64,000 bases of DNA from NCBI GenBank assembly GCA_964304625.1, contig OZ199840.1:3213189-3277188 (forward strand), written 5' to 3'. This DNA is from Kudoa neothunni. Its lineage: Eukaryota; Animalia; Cnidaria. Shown here piece after piece: positions 26,001 through 39,054 of this stretch (positions within the stretch are counted from its first letter, which is position 1; each line of letters opens with the position of its first letter). Below the pieces are notes generated by a model, which was given only the letters and a program-made list of their open reading frames with translations, was not told the origin of the DNA and searched no databases. Made by a program: the position numbers and the translations under genes.

Positions 26001-29000
26001 GCTTAGCGGGCATTTTCTTAATAACTTAAGTAACAATTCGTTGTGTTTAAGACTTGACACGTTGTTCTTGTTACCATTGACAATGACATCCAACCAAACT
26101 GTCGTGAAATCGTTCAATTTTGAGATGGGTAGTTGACTGAAAAATTGTTCATCAAGATTTTCAATTAATGGGTTGCTTAAATCCCATGGAAGCAAAGACC
26201 ACCTCAAAATGAGTTTCTCAAAGGTCGCAACAAACGACGAAAGATCCCTTCTGTGCGATTCCACACACAATTTAACAACGATCCGCGCCAAGATATTCAA
26301 ACAACATCCATAAACGTTTTCATTATTGTCTCTTAAACTACCAACAATAGATGGTGTGCTTGACGAAACAATATCATTGTTAGTCTCACAATCGGCGTTA
26401 GAGATAAAATGATCGACTAAATTGGTCAACAATTTTAAAGTATGTTTCTGTTTGAGAATACATTTTTCAATCGGCATATGTTTAACAAAATCCAACAATT
26501 TTATGGTTGAAAGATTGGCTGTTTGGAGTTTCTCTAAATCGAACATCACAATTTCCAAAACAGAATGGATCATATCGGTTATTATTTCCAGACTTTGGCG
26601 GGACATGTTAGATATGCGTGCTATATTGGCGCACATTTTTTGAGGGAAATTTACAATTTCATCGCGTGAGGTAGTGAAGAACTTGTAAAAATATGGCAAA
26701 TTAGCTAAAAAGGAACCCGCGGGTGGGAGTGATAATGCAAATTGACGAATTTTCTTGTCACTATGTTGAGTGGCAAGAATCAAACAAGAGACTATCTCCT
26801 CTTGGGAACGAGACGCACCCGGCGACATTATCCACGTCATTTCAAAAAGATCCATTAATAAGTTGGATGATATCACGTCATAGTCGTAGTAGAAGCAAAG
26901 CTGTGTAAACATCACACATTCATCCACATCGAAAAATAGAGTTCGATTGGTGAAAAACATAGAAAGCCATTTCTTGTGAATTGCAGACGACTGTTCACAA
27001 TCACCACTCCTATGATAACTCTCACACAACCAATACAACAGGCGTTTGTATGATAGAATGCTGCTTTTGTTGCTAGTCACGCGAGGATATGCACTGGACT
27101 TTTCAGAATCCAATAACTCTTTCAACATATACAATAGAGCAACAGGATAATTAACGACATCCATCATAGAAACAACGTTGTCCCATGATTCTATAGATAC
27201 CAATTGAGACAGTAACGTTGTTGAAACATGACTGATAGATTGAAGTTCTTCGACAAATTGATTTAAAAAATTAAGATAGTCATGTGAATTATTGACAGTA
27301 TTGTCTTCGTTATTAGTGCGATTGATGAGTGCAATAACACAAAGGGCGGTATATTTGGAGAGGGTTTTAAATTGAGTAAAGTTGCAGGCGACAAAACGCA
27401 TAAAGTCGTCATGCTGTTGGATATATTTCTTGAGCACATTCTCAAGGAATAAGCATGGGTTTTTGTTGGAATTAGTCACGCTCATCTGCTCTTCAAATAT
27501 GTCTACCACGCTTTTAGGGAGTAGGCAATTTGCAAAACGGATTATTTTCAAAATTTTATCATTATTATGGTTGTTATGGCAACCATATCGGTGAAAAATC
27601 ATAATCATTACAGTGAGTAAGTCAAGCATGAGAGTATGATTAGCAGAAAGTCGGTCAAGCGTGTGGGTATTATTAACAGAGAGTGGGTCAAGCGTGACGA
27701 CATGATTTTCAGAGTTGGCGGCGAAATTCGATTCACCTGTCGAAGTGGAAATTTCATCCGGTGTGTTGATATTCACAACCGCCTCTATCCATTTTTCCGG
27801 ACTGCTCAACACGCATTCCATCACATAAGTAAATATGCGAACACGCTCATATGAGTCAAATAATTGTGAGAACAGTAGAAGCGGTTGTATTTCACTCAAC
27901 ACCAACAGCACGATATCATAGGAATTTTTGTATATAAGAAATTCGAGCATTTCCTTTAGTTTGAGTTGGGTTGACGGGGAAAGTGGGAGTTGATGGGTGG
28001 TGAGAAAGTCGCGCAAACCAAATACAGCACTTTTCCGAATTTCGCTGTTTGAATTGTACACACACAACAACAGTGGTAAATCCACACCCTCAACATTGTG
28101 CACACACATCGATGATTTTCCTCCGATCAAACAGGCTGACAGAAGGTCGTACAAATATTGATATTTATCACTCCGTTCAACCATCGCTTTACCAATACAA
28201 TCCACCACGAGTGATGGTACAAACTTTTCCAGTTCAATTAACAACTCTTTGCTTTTATTGCTTTTAATATTTTTATCGCTTTTATCACTCTTATCGCATT
28301 TGGTGTTGGTTTGTCGTAGGGCAATTAGACGGTCTACTAATTCAACTAGGAGTCGTTCCTCGTTCCTCCATCCAAAAAACAACTTGGCCAATCGATCGAC
28401 AACATTTTGAACGTCCAACTGCAAAAAATTATCGATCGAATTCACCAACAACTTCCCAATATCGGTAGTGTCCTTGTTGGGGAGCAGTCGATGGATTGGC
28501 TCAAGTGAGTCGGTCTGCATCAACACCTTACACAATTTCGGAGTGAAGACATGATGTGGATGGGTTCGACTGAATTGGATCAACAAATACAAATTAACCA
28601 CATCCATATTGTAGGCTGTCAGCATCTTTTTGATGACAAATTCTAGTTGTTTTCCTGTGAGCTCGGTGTGTTGGACCATTTGGGAAATAATCACAACATT
28701 CGCATTTCTGACTTGATCTATTTCAGATGCGAGTCCGTCGATTACATTGTACAGCAGTTGATTGCGAACGTGGGTGTTGTTGTCTGTGTTCACTATTTTA
28801 TTGTTTAATGTGGCGTAAGCCAACGAAGCGTAGAAAGAGTAGACAACCGAATAAGCTTCCCATCTATTATTACTATTGTCATTGGCGTCGGACAATATCT
28901 GAGTGACATTTTTAACGTGATTACTAATAGCAACCAACAATCCCGGATTACGACCCACATGCGACACCAACGATTTTTTCGGAAGTGGCACCGCCTCCTT

Positions 29001-29587
29001 CTGCACCGACTTCAAAAACGAATACGTGCGCTTTTCGCCATAATCCATCGAATCAAAATCTATCAATTGAATCATTCTAGGAAACAATTTGCTATCATGA
29101 TATGGTAGTATGGAATGGATTAGACAGTGCGAACACAACTCATTCACATGATATTGATATATCAACCATTCCACAGTGTACATCGCAGCTTTTATCATCA
29201 TGTACGGTGAGAGCAGTATGAGGAACTGGTTAATTTGATGTTGGATTTTGGTTTTTGATTCGTTGTCCTGAGTGTAATATTGGAAATCTTTAGACGAATC
29301 ACTAGATATTAAGTTGATTATTCAGTTGACTAAAAAGTTGATTTCATTGGTGGGAATTACGAAAAAATTGTTTCTGCAAATTGCTCAAATATGCTGTCTA
29401 TCTCGCAAAGTTGAGACAGCCCTTTTCTACTGATAGAAAAAACCATATCCTTAGTTACAGACATTATCTCTCTACTGTCGAACAGTAGTGATTTCCTCAA
29501 AAGGACTCCATTGACAAGTTTAGCACTGCCAATTTTTGATCCTTGAGATTTTTGTAGATTAAGTTGTTTTTCCAATAGGGAAACCAT
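23067..29587 (-). CDS. HEATR1: HEAT repeat-containing protein 1 / UTP10 (SSU processome)
   Basis: N-terminus MVSLLEKQL..KSLLFDSRE..GLSQLCEIDSIFEQF; intron 29302-29360; FLILLSPYMMIKAAMYTVEWLI, ILPYHDS, VDAFPHIPPHRRL; C-terminal LLPELSPTLMEIMDED..IENITGESLDRFL. About 2150 aa. Confidence 0.95.
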
Positions 29588-29816
29588 TTTGTAGATTGAT
29601 ATTTGTGAGACAAAACCTACTTTAGCGCAGTAACCAATAACCCTTCGGTCAGCTTTCGTGGTCACATGGTAATAGGGAGCTCCCATAGGCTGCGCGCGCG
29701 TAATGTTCAAATTGGCTGTGACGTGTCGTATGCCTATGTTGCAAACTCCGCTTACTCTTAGTGGTGGGATTAGCTATAGAGCAATACACATTAAAAACAA
29801 TAAACGACTCTCACTC

Positions 29817-30044
29817 ATGGGAATGTACATGGTGAGAGGAGACAAAAATTTTCTCTATATAGACCCAAGAAAACCATTTACTAAAGATGAAGCTTTCTTC
29901 ATGAAAAGCTCTCGATTGAGATGCAACCCCTACTCGAAGACTATAATCGGCAAAATGCTTTCGTTGCTATTGATTATCGCTATATTTAAGGGAAGTTTGA
30001 ATTATTTCTTCAAAGCATCAAGGTCATTTATTGATCTATATTGA
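29817..30044 (+). CDS. Candidate small (75 aa) single-TM protein divergent from HEATR1
   Basis: ATG-initiated MGMYMVRGDKNFLYIDPRKPFTKDEAFF..MLSLLLIIAIFKGSLNYFF. GC content is coding-like and it starts 230 nt from the HEATR1 ATG. No family recognised. Confidence 0.35.
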   Translation: MGMYMVRGDKNFLYIDPRKPFTKDEAFFMKSSRLRCNPYSKTIIGKMLSLLLIIAIFKGSLNYFFKASRSFIDLY

Positions 30045-31149
30045 TCTCGATTGATCTTGATCAATTTTGTAATGTTTTTATTAGGTTATTTTTTGTGTTG
30101 TATTATCTGTCACGCCTTATGTCCTTCTTGCGCGCGCACAGCATGTTGCCATATTTTTGTTAAAATTAGATTTTTTTGGTTTGTGGAGAATTATTGTCGC
30201 ATTTTGTGGGCAGGGCCGATTTATGATGTTTCTATAGCGACCGAATTATACATGGCTAATATACCTTGCAGTTATCGACGCTCGTATTTTCTTAATTCGA
30301 CGATTTAAATCGACAAATAATTACAAACGTCGAATTCTCGGCGTTTCAACAAAAACAGAATTATGTCAAAGTTATTTTGACGCATATCCGCCCGTTCGTT
30401 AATGATTATTTAGGCTTGTATGACTCATTATTTTAGAATATTTTCTCATAAAAGGGACCTTTTATATTATAAATGAATAAATTGAATCTATCCGGAACGT
30501 TTATTTAAATTAAGATTCTATAAATTGTTTGAATTAGGTTATGAATAATTATCTGAATATAAAATTTTCCCCGCTTGAATTGTCACCTATATTCCCTATT
30601 AAAAAGTTTTATTTCGATAACATATTGAATTTCTATATCGTTAACTTTTATATATAAAGTTATGTTTTGATTTGATCAGCTATCAAACACGAGAGAATAA
30701 ATTTCTACAAAAATGCAGCTAGTGTGCGTGCGCCATTTAAAAATACATAAAATGATGTTAGAGGGGGAGAAAAATAAAAAATTAAGATAAATTTTTTATT
30801 AAAATTTCGATTTGGAGTTAGTCCTTCCAATAGCAATAGATAACCTACACATGCGGATTATACCGATCTGTAGAAATAGCCCCTGTCTAAAATAAACGTC
30901 GATAACTTTTTAAAAATTAGACAATTAAATAGATGAAAATCGGTTTTAATCGAAAATTTCAAGGCTTGGTGATTATTTATGAGAAACTATTATTATCTAA
31001 TTTCATTTTTTTACTATTCTGGTTAACGAAAACATATTTTTTATTAATTTGACTACAATAAATTTAATTGAACGGAACATAAAATCAAAATTGTTGAGAG
31101 AAAAAGTTCCGTTTATGCGGAAATGTGTGATCCTTAATTTCTATTGTTA

Positions 31150-31438
31150 CGTACATCATGTTCATTTAAAATTTAAATGAACAAGAAAAAAATTGCACCT
31201 CCATGACACCTTCTTTCTGAATATTTTCCCCAAAATAATTTTAAAATATAATCATCATTTTTCTAACGTAAATGAATGATTATAACGGATAATAATATTA
31301 GAATACACATTTAAAAATTACAAAAAGCGTCATTTTCAACAATGTAATTTATTTATATGCATTATCATAATTTATTTTATAAGAAAATTGTGTAAAAATA
31401 TAATTTGTCGCATTTTAAGAATATTCAACTATATACAA
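31150..31438. repeat. Dispersed repeat copy 2 (homologous to 7379-7685), ends at a Helitron insertion
   Basis: By-eye alignment to about 7390-7680. Confidence 0.55.
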
Positions 31439-32127
31439 CTAGCGCAAAAGCCCCGCTTCTCTTGGGCTTCCTTGCCGAGCAAGTAAGCTAAAGTCTTGAG
31501 TAGACCAGGGTCATTTGAAGTTCAAAGTAAATTAAGAGTATTTAGATAAATAGCACAAAAATTACCCAATTTACGGATGATTTATTTAATTAATTGTACG
31601 CATGAACTTTATTTAATATTTTTAAAAATGAATAAACACTACTGAGCGTTTAAAATCTCCTTTTTAGAGTTCCTAAAAAATTGATTTTCTCCTTGTTGTT
31701 TATAGTAATCTCTAAATCGTACCATATGAATTGGACTAATCTTGTTAAACTTCAAAAAATGAATTTCATATTAATGTTGGCTATATAACCTAATATAACC
31801 TTCCTTATTTGAACTAATTCAATTACTAAATTACTTTTCAATAATTTTAAAATAAAACGAACATTATGATACACTTAAAATGAACGTTTTCTAACTCTAA
31901 CGAAATAATCTATATGTTTGCATAAATCCTCAACTCATACCAATCATTCCACGCGAAGATGTTTTTAGTCATTTTGTAGGATGCAAATCTTTTATATTTT
32001 TCACGTATTTTTCTGTTAAAATAAAATTTTATCTTTCTATATGTATGTTCAAATGGAGCGATATGTCTCTCTATAAAGAATGAAAAATGCGTACACACAC
32101 GGATTTCCGATTTGTTTTAATAGTAGA
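31439..32127 (-). mobile_element. Non-autonomous Helitron
   Basis: Minus strand: A|TCTACTATTAAAACAAATCGGAAATCCGTGTGTG ... CCCAAGAGAAGCGGGGCTTTTGCGCTAG|T. This gives a 5' TC, a subterminal GC-rich imperfect hairpin, a 3' CTAG and an A/T insertion site. Confidence 0.75.
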
Positions 32128-32642
32128 TAAATAGGGGCAATTATTCTTTATTAAACGCTGCAAAAAATTCCGCACGCGTTTGATGTAGGAACGTTAACCA
32201 ATTTTTTTGTAATCTGCCAAACCTTTAGTTAATATGTCAAGACATTAAAAAGGTCTATTAAATAAAGAACTAGAAATTAAAATAACATCGGCGCTGTGAG
32301 AACCAGCCGTTCGGCAGAAATAATCAATATGAGATTTTCGACCGGGAAATTGACAGAAAGCTTTCATAACTTGGTCATATTTCTTTTGTTTTATATGTTA
32401 AAAATTATGATTCTGAATTAAATGTCTAATTACTAGACATAGTTCGCATTGCTTGGATTTGTTAACGGTCATATTCACCCAGCGGTTAACTACTTTATAT
32501 CGATCATCTTCACCTGATGATAAAATATGTCTGCTGCTAATGGAAGCTATATTTTCATAAATTCGGATTGTAAAAACATTCAACTACAAACAAACAGAAG
32601 AACTACACACATAAATAATTTGTTAAAAGCCATAACTATCAA

Positions 32643-33787
32643 TCTACTATCCACTGCATACATAAAGTTGAAGTGTCTGTGCGTGTGTCAGCAAGTACGT
32701 ATGTGAGTCAAAATTTTTTCCTTATAGAGAGATGTTTATGAAATTTTTTAAAAATCACAATGTTTCAAAAAATCTTCAAATAGTTTTTACACTACCAAAT
32801 ATTCCCAAAAGTGTTTAGAATATGGTCATTTTGTCGATTCAAAGTTTGTTTATCAGATTACTTGAGTTCAACAATATGATTAACACTTGCTTAAATCATG
32901 GTAATGGTCTGTTGACGTTAACTTTTCTCCTTATATGCTCAAACAAATGTTGATTAACTTCTGCGTTCTGGCTTTTTATATAATGTTTGCGTGTATATTT
33001 TGGTGTTTGCGCAAATACACTCCTTGTTTGTAGAGTTTTAACGTATTTGACATGATAAACACATATTGAAGGTTCTATTAATGGTATAAGATATGATAAA
33101 AAATCTATATATGTTTCTTGAACAACGAATTGGCGGGGAACGTTAAAATTACTTTGATTGGAACATTATAATGGAAATACTGCGTTCGTAGATTTCATTA
33201 AAATCGTCCGCTAAGTTTAAATTTCCGTGATTAAATTCAATGTAAATGGTTGTACTTTTATTTCACTAAATTATTTGAATTGTTTATGTTGAAGTTCAAG
33301 CGATTTGTGGCAGTTTATAGAGAAAAGTATGTTAAGCTCTTGCCGGACCAAAAGGTATTACTTTGAGAAATAAAAATTAATTTTCGTCTGTTTTCATCCA
33401 ACTCTATATCTTTTTCTATTTATTCGTCCCCCGTAAACAGTGGTGCACAAACTTTCGGAGCCAGACCAAAAATAACGTTTAGGATAATATTTTAACGGTA
33501 TTTAAATAATTCGGGGATGCAAAAAAATACGACACTGACAATAAATTATTTAGCGTTGATGAGGACCACAAAATTTTAAAATGAATGCTGAGATTGATAC
33601 TTTCCTTCACAGAAATGATTATAATTTAAATTTCTCCAATCCTAATCGTTGGAAGTATGTCATTTACTAGTTTTTGGTTATTTTGCATTTATGGGTTAAT
33701 TCGAAACTTTTATATATTCTTTGAATATTATTAAGAAACGTATCGATGTGAAATCTTCTCCAAGCAACGCTGGGCAGTTCCCGCTAG
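32643..33787 (+). mobile_element. Non-autonomous Helitron
   Basis: A|TCTACTATCC..AAGTGTCTGTGCGTGTGTC at the 5' end. The 3' end is CCAAGCAACGCTGGGCAGTTCCCGCTAG|T with a hairpin. Homologous to the interrupted copy at 49368-52530. Confidence 0.88.
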
Positions 33788-33879
33788 TCTAGAATACAGT
33801 AATATCATGCAGGATATAATATTGATAGTTAATAAATTCCTGTTTATATCACGTTGAAATAGTTATTACGTATACAATA

Positions 33880-33911
33880 CATATATAGATATATATATAT
33901 ATATATATATA
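33880..33911. repeat. (TA)n microsatellite
   Basis: Imperfect ATATAT run. Another lies at about 44547-44566. Confidence 0.8.
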
Positions 33912-36900
33912 AATTTATATGAATATATAGAAGGTTACTCGTGACATTTAATCATTTGCACGTTCACAATTGAGCCTATATATTTACATTTTTCCATTGT
34001 TTATCCTTAGCGAGAACACAAATTTCTTAGAATAATAGTGATAAGAAATGATAAATTTTAAAGGTTTAATTAACTATTTTTATGGATAAATTCTCAAGCT
34101 TTTATTGAAAAATAAAGGAATGCACGTAAGATATTAATTAAGTAATGTTATTTATTTTAGATATCAATAATCCCTTCATATCATTGTTTCCGAAGCAGAA
34201 ATAAATTATTAAGCTTTTTAATTGAGTACAGAAATACCATGTATACTACAATTCGTTAAAAAACGAGACGCCCTTACCTAATCCGGCGTTACTCGATACA
34301 TAGCATTGCGATGTATTTTTTGTAGGGTTGTTATTTTTCAAAATCACGGTACTAAGTATTTATTAAAAATTACCTGTGTGTTCTAAGGAAGACAGAATTG
34401 ATAGTTAACTACTATTTTTCAAGTTATATTGAAAGATTTGTGAATGAATATATTTTTTTATCTTATGCTCTTTTTTATATATCTGCCTTTTATAATATGA
34501 GTAAGTATGTTCTATATTTCATTTCTACGCAAAGGCTAAGTTACAATTTTGTTAGTTTTGAATTGAGCATAAGGAGGGGGAGGAAGTGGTGTGAAATATT
34601 AAACTTAGGGGATAAATAGTGCCTAAGGTGTTGAGAACCCCTGCCTTAGATAATAGTGTAGTTCAACGAAGATATAAGAATAGCTATTTTTAAACATACA
34701 TATTCATGAATAAAAATTTATGTAAACTATGATTAACCTTTCAGGCAAAATAGGTCCGAAATCTCCCCATTTTATTCGGAAGATGTAATTATTCCACCTA
34801 CATGGAAGATTAAAGATATAAAACTATTAATTGGAGTTAGCTCAACTCATTTGTATCTCATACATCTGTTATATACTAATTTCTCGAACAATAATGAAAT
34901 TATTTTAATAAAACCATATACATAACTCGCTGTCGATATTATTAGATTGCTACATTAAAGAAATACAAACAAACACATTATAGAGAATCCTATCACAACA
35001 AACGAGACAATTATATAGTTACATTTCGTTATAGAATATTATTCCTAATTGTATTACGATTTTAATACTCTCTAAAAATTTTCATAGTTAATATTATGTG
35101 ATTTTAATCGTTTTTGTTAAGTATTAGTAAGTCGTCATAAATAAATAATAAGCGGAACGAAAGATGATTTGAGTTTAAGTCGAGAAGGCCTTATTACACA
35201 TAATTACGTTTTAATTAATTGAAAACCTAAATATTAAACATTATAAAACAAGTATACTATAATTTTATTAAAACATTTAGTATTGAAAAAAGATGATTAA
35301 AGCCGCTTTTATAATAGCGTGAATAAAGATATATTAAACTTCCCCCATCAACCTTAGGTCTGAGGTCATATTATTTAGATTAAAATAGGTTCGGCATATA
35401 TAAGTATAAAAATATTTATACATATAGATATGATCTTTCAAATCATATTGCATGTTCACATACTTTAATTAAACGCCTGGTTGGTTATCTTTGGGGTTAG
35501 ATTACCTCAATTAATATTAACTATAAATAAAGTAATACATCGAATTTTTTGTTCCGTTAGGAACCTAATGCACAAGGAAATAATAAAGTTATTCCTTGTA
35601 ATAAAATAAAACTTATTTTACTATTATTTATTTTTTCAATGAATAAATTTGTTATTTTGACTTAGTAACAAATTTTCTACAATCTTATGATACGTGTTGG
35701 CGCTCTTTTTAATATTTTTTATTATCTCGTATATTCATGTCTTAACGACATATTATAAATTGTCTCTGAAGTCTTATATTGAAACTGATGAAATTTTTTT
35801 CCATTCGTCGTCTTTCCTGTTTTATAACGATAATATTCTACTGAGCCTAATGAAAACATTTATTATGAACGTAACTTAATAACGGTCTCCAAAATTATCG
35901 ATAGATCATCATTTATCAACCTCAACATTTAAACCTTGAATTTGTGGTTTCGTAAATTAGTTTCTATTATATTGAAAAGTCTCTTAGTTGTTGAAAGTAT
36001 AATTTTTATGAAAAATTGAAAATCTTTTTCTATTCTGCCTTATTATACGACTATTTCAATTAATAGAAAGCATGAAATAATCTGAAGATGCTGGTTTTAT
36101 ATTGTTACTAATTTGATTAACAATAAAGTCAATTAAATTATTCTCAAAATTAGGTTTGAATGAATAAATTATTCCTTTATTTAGTGTCGGATAAATTATT
36201 GTTTATTTTCTTGTTTAAAAACTATTCAATGATATTTGTCATTTGAATTCCAAATTTTAATGTCGGTCGCCCGCTTAAGAATCATTCGGCCATTTTTTAC
36301 ACAATTTTCCAAAAAACGAAATTTTTTTATAGATATCACGCAACACTCATTTTTTTATTCATCTATTTATATTTTACGAAACAAACATTAATACATTGGA
36401 TCAACGTTATTTTTATAATGACTCGTTACATTAATTTGGGTATTATCTTATAAAGAGTCGCATGTAACACAACATGAACTTTTTATTGAAGATCTATTTT
36501 CTGTTGTCGCGAGTAATTATGGAGAAGTAAAAAATTTTTCTTAAAGTGAGTTAATACTACAATAAAAATATATTTGCAACACTGTTGTTGACAATATTGG
36601 CAAATCTTGCAAGTCCGTTTGAACATAAGTAAAATTAGACTTTGTAAAATCATCAAATTAAAGCGCAATCTTTTACAATATTTAAGTTTGTAATAAACTA
36701 ATAATTATTCATAACAGCTCCTTTTAACTAACCGCTGACTTAAAACCAGGAAACCAACTTTATGTCGTTACATCTTTAAAATATAAATCTAATGCTAACC
36801 TGTGTAGCTTATTTACATCACCTTGCAAACACCTCAATTTTCATAGCACTTAATGAGTCAAATAAAACAAATATTAAAGGATCTGCATTATTGTTTATTA

Positions 36901-37871
36901 TAATTTGAGTTTAGCATTCTTTTAAAAGGTCTAATAAATATCATATGTTGAAATAGTGCATTTCTCCTTATTTGGAATGATATTAAATGATAAATGATTA
37001 TATATTTTATTCGAAATAGAAATTGTTGTGAAACTCATTGTATATTGAATTATTGAATAATATATCATTTTATTTATCATATATTTTCACCTTTTTTAAG
37101 TATATTTATAAAAAAATAATATATAACTAAACAAGACGTACTGACAAAAGGGCATAAAATCAATTAGTTTTTAAATCATAAATACATAACATTATTTCTC
37201 AAAAATGTATTATGTAATTTTTTAAGGTTATTATAATTTGTTGAGCTTAGAAGAGTTAGATGTTCATATATAATTATAATCTTAGGATAATAGAAAATCA
37301 ACGACCTGATATACTTTTTGAAGTAATCTACATATCAAATTATAGTTAAAGGATGCATAATTTAAAATTTTTTGTGATATTACTCATCAAAATTCTAATA
37401 AATATTGTAATTTCTAGACATTATGCAAAATAAGATTAGCTCTGTTATTTAACTTAACTTTATAATTTATATAAAAAAAATAAACATTTTATATTGTATA
37501 TTACGGTAGTAACAAAAAAATATACAAAACGCGCACGCGCCTACCTATATCACAAAAATCGATTTACTGCTATAGTTGCGGAATCATTTTTCTATGATAT
37601 TGGTAAAAGATCGAAAATAATAAATAATGTAAATTTATCTGTCAATAATATACTTATTGTGAAAAATAAAAGATTTAAAAAAATAAAGCAATTTTTGGTT
37701 AATTTATGGTATTAATATAAAATAAATGAATTAATTGTAGATGTGAGCAGCATAGCGCAACCTCGAACACCCGTAATCAAAGAATATTGATTTAATTGAA
37801 AAAATACACCATATAATTTAATATGAGAAACGCTAAGAACTAAGCAATCTATCTACAGTATCAAAACAAAT

Positions 37872-39054
37872 CTATCGTCTTTTTGACACTTTTTTGCGGA
37901 ATCTAGCTCGGAGTGTTTTGCGTTTGGCAAGTTTATCCTTGTGTTTTTTGGAGTCGAGTTTTTTGGACATATTGTCAGCCAACTGTTCCATCGATTTATC
38001 AACAAATTTGCCATCATCATTAACATCATTCATCATCAGAACAAGTCTTCTATCTTTGACCATTTGAATATCTCTTTTAGAGGAGGATTTTGAGAACGGA
38101 TTGTTTTTTTCAAAATAACCAGCGTTATTTGTTTCTTTCATTCCAAAGGTTTGAGGCGCATCACTTTCCAAATTCAATAAATCATCAACAATGCTTTTTT
38201 GGAGTTCTTCTCGATGTTTCTGTTCATCGTAAAGTTCTTTTCGTTTTCTTGAGGTAACTTGGCCATTGTTCACACCATCGTATGGCACGTATCTACTTTT
38301 GGAGGGCACAAAAAGTGATGATTTTGATTGATTTATTGTTGCGTTTGAACCACCCGATATATTATCATTTGAAGGAACCGTTTCATACATTTTATCTTCG
38401 TCATTAATTTCATTTGGGTTGGATTCAGCCTCATTTAAAGGAGCTAAGTTGGACAGATTCGGCTTAAGGGTGGAATCCATTTCCAAGTCATCACTTCCAT
38501 GGTCGCTATTATTCATAGTAAGAGCTGATAAATTTGGCATAAGATTCGAATCGCAATAATTCGCTTGAGTTTCTGGGTTCATTTTAATTGTAGGATTGGT
38601 GTTGGTTTTTGGACGGCGGGTTTGTAGATTTTTATTTGCATCCTTTAGATAGTTGGCCAAACGATATTCCAGGGGAGACAGCCTATCCAGAATACTTTTA
38701 ATATTGTTTAACCTTCTCAATATGTTTTGTCTGGTGTCAGTGTTAACATTGTTTTTCAATGCATGAAATGCATAGACATTATTCAAATATTCAATGAGTA
38801 GAGAGCATTTTCTGAGTAAAAATGATTTTCTATTCTCATTCAAATCCATTCTTTCTAACTAAATTTTGTATTTTTAATTTAAAAAGATTCACAAAACCTA
38901 CTTGTTCATTCAAATTAGAAAGTTGGGTATGAGCATACTCAACTTCTTCCTTGATATATTTCAGCAAATCAGCTGAATGTTTGTCTTGAATTTCATGAGA
39001 CTTTTCTTTATTATCTGATGTCCCTTCAACACCGAAAAGAAATCGGGGGTCCAT
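37872..39054 (-). CDS. NGDN: Neuroguidin / Lcp5 (Sas10/Utp3/C1D family, SSU processome), 2 exons
   Basis: SFLLRKCSLLIEYL..RLNNIKSILDRLSPLEYRL (Sas10/C1D domain), LKPNLSNL, FVPSKSRYVPYD, SIVDDLLNLESDAPQ and a basic C-terminus. Exon 1 MDPRFLFG..NLNEQ splices to LERMDLNE. Confidence 0.85.

Noticed and set aside
28250-28300. 9-bp tandem encoding DKSDKSDKNIKSNKSK in HEATR1
   Set aside because: Ordinary slippage in a disordered linker.
23293-29108. Many short plus-strand and alternate-frame ORFs within HEATR1
   Set aside because: Antisense or off-frame shadows of a long GC-richer coding exon, with no independent motifs.
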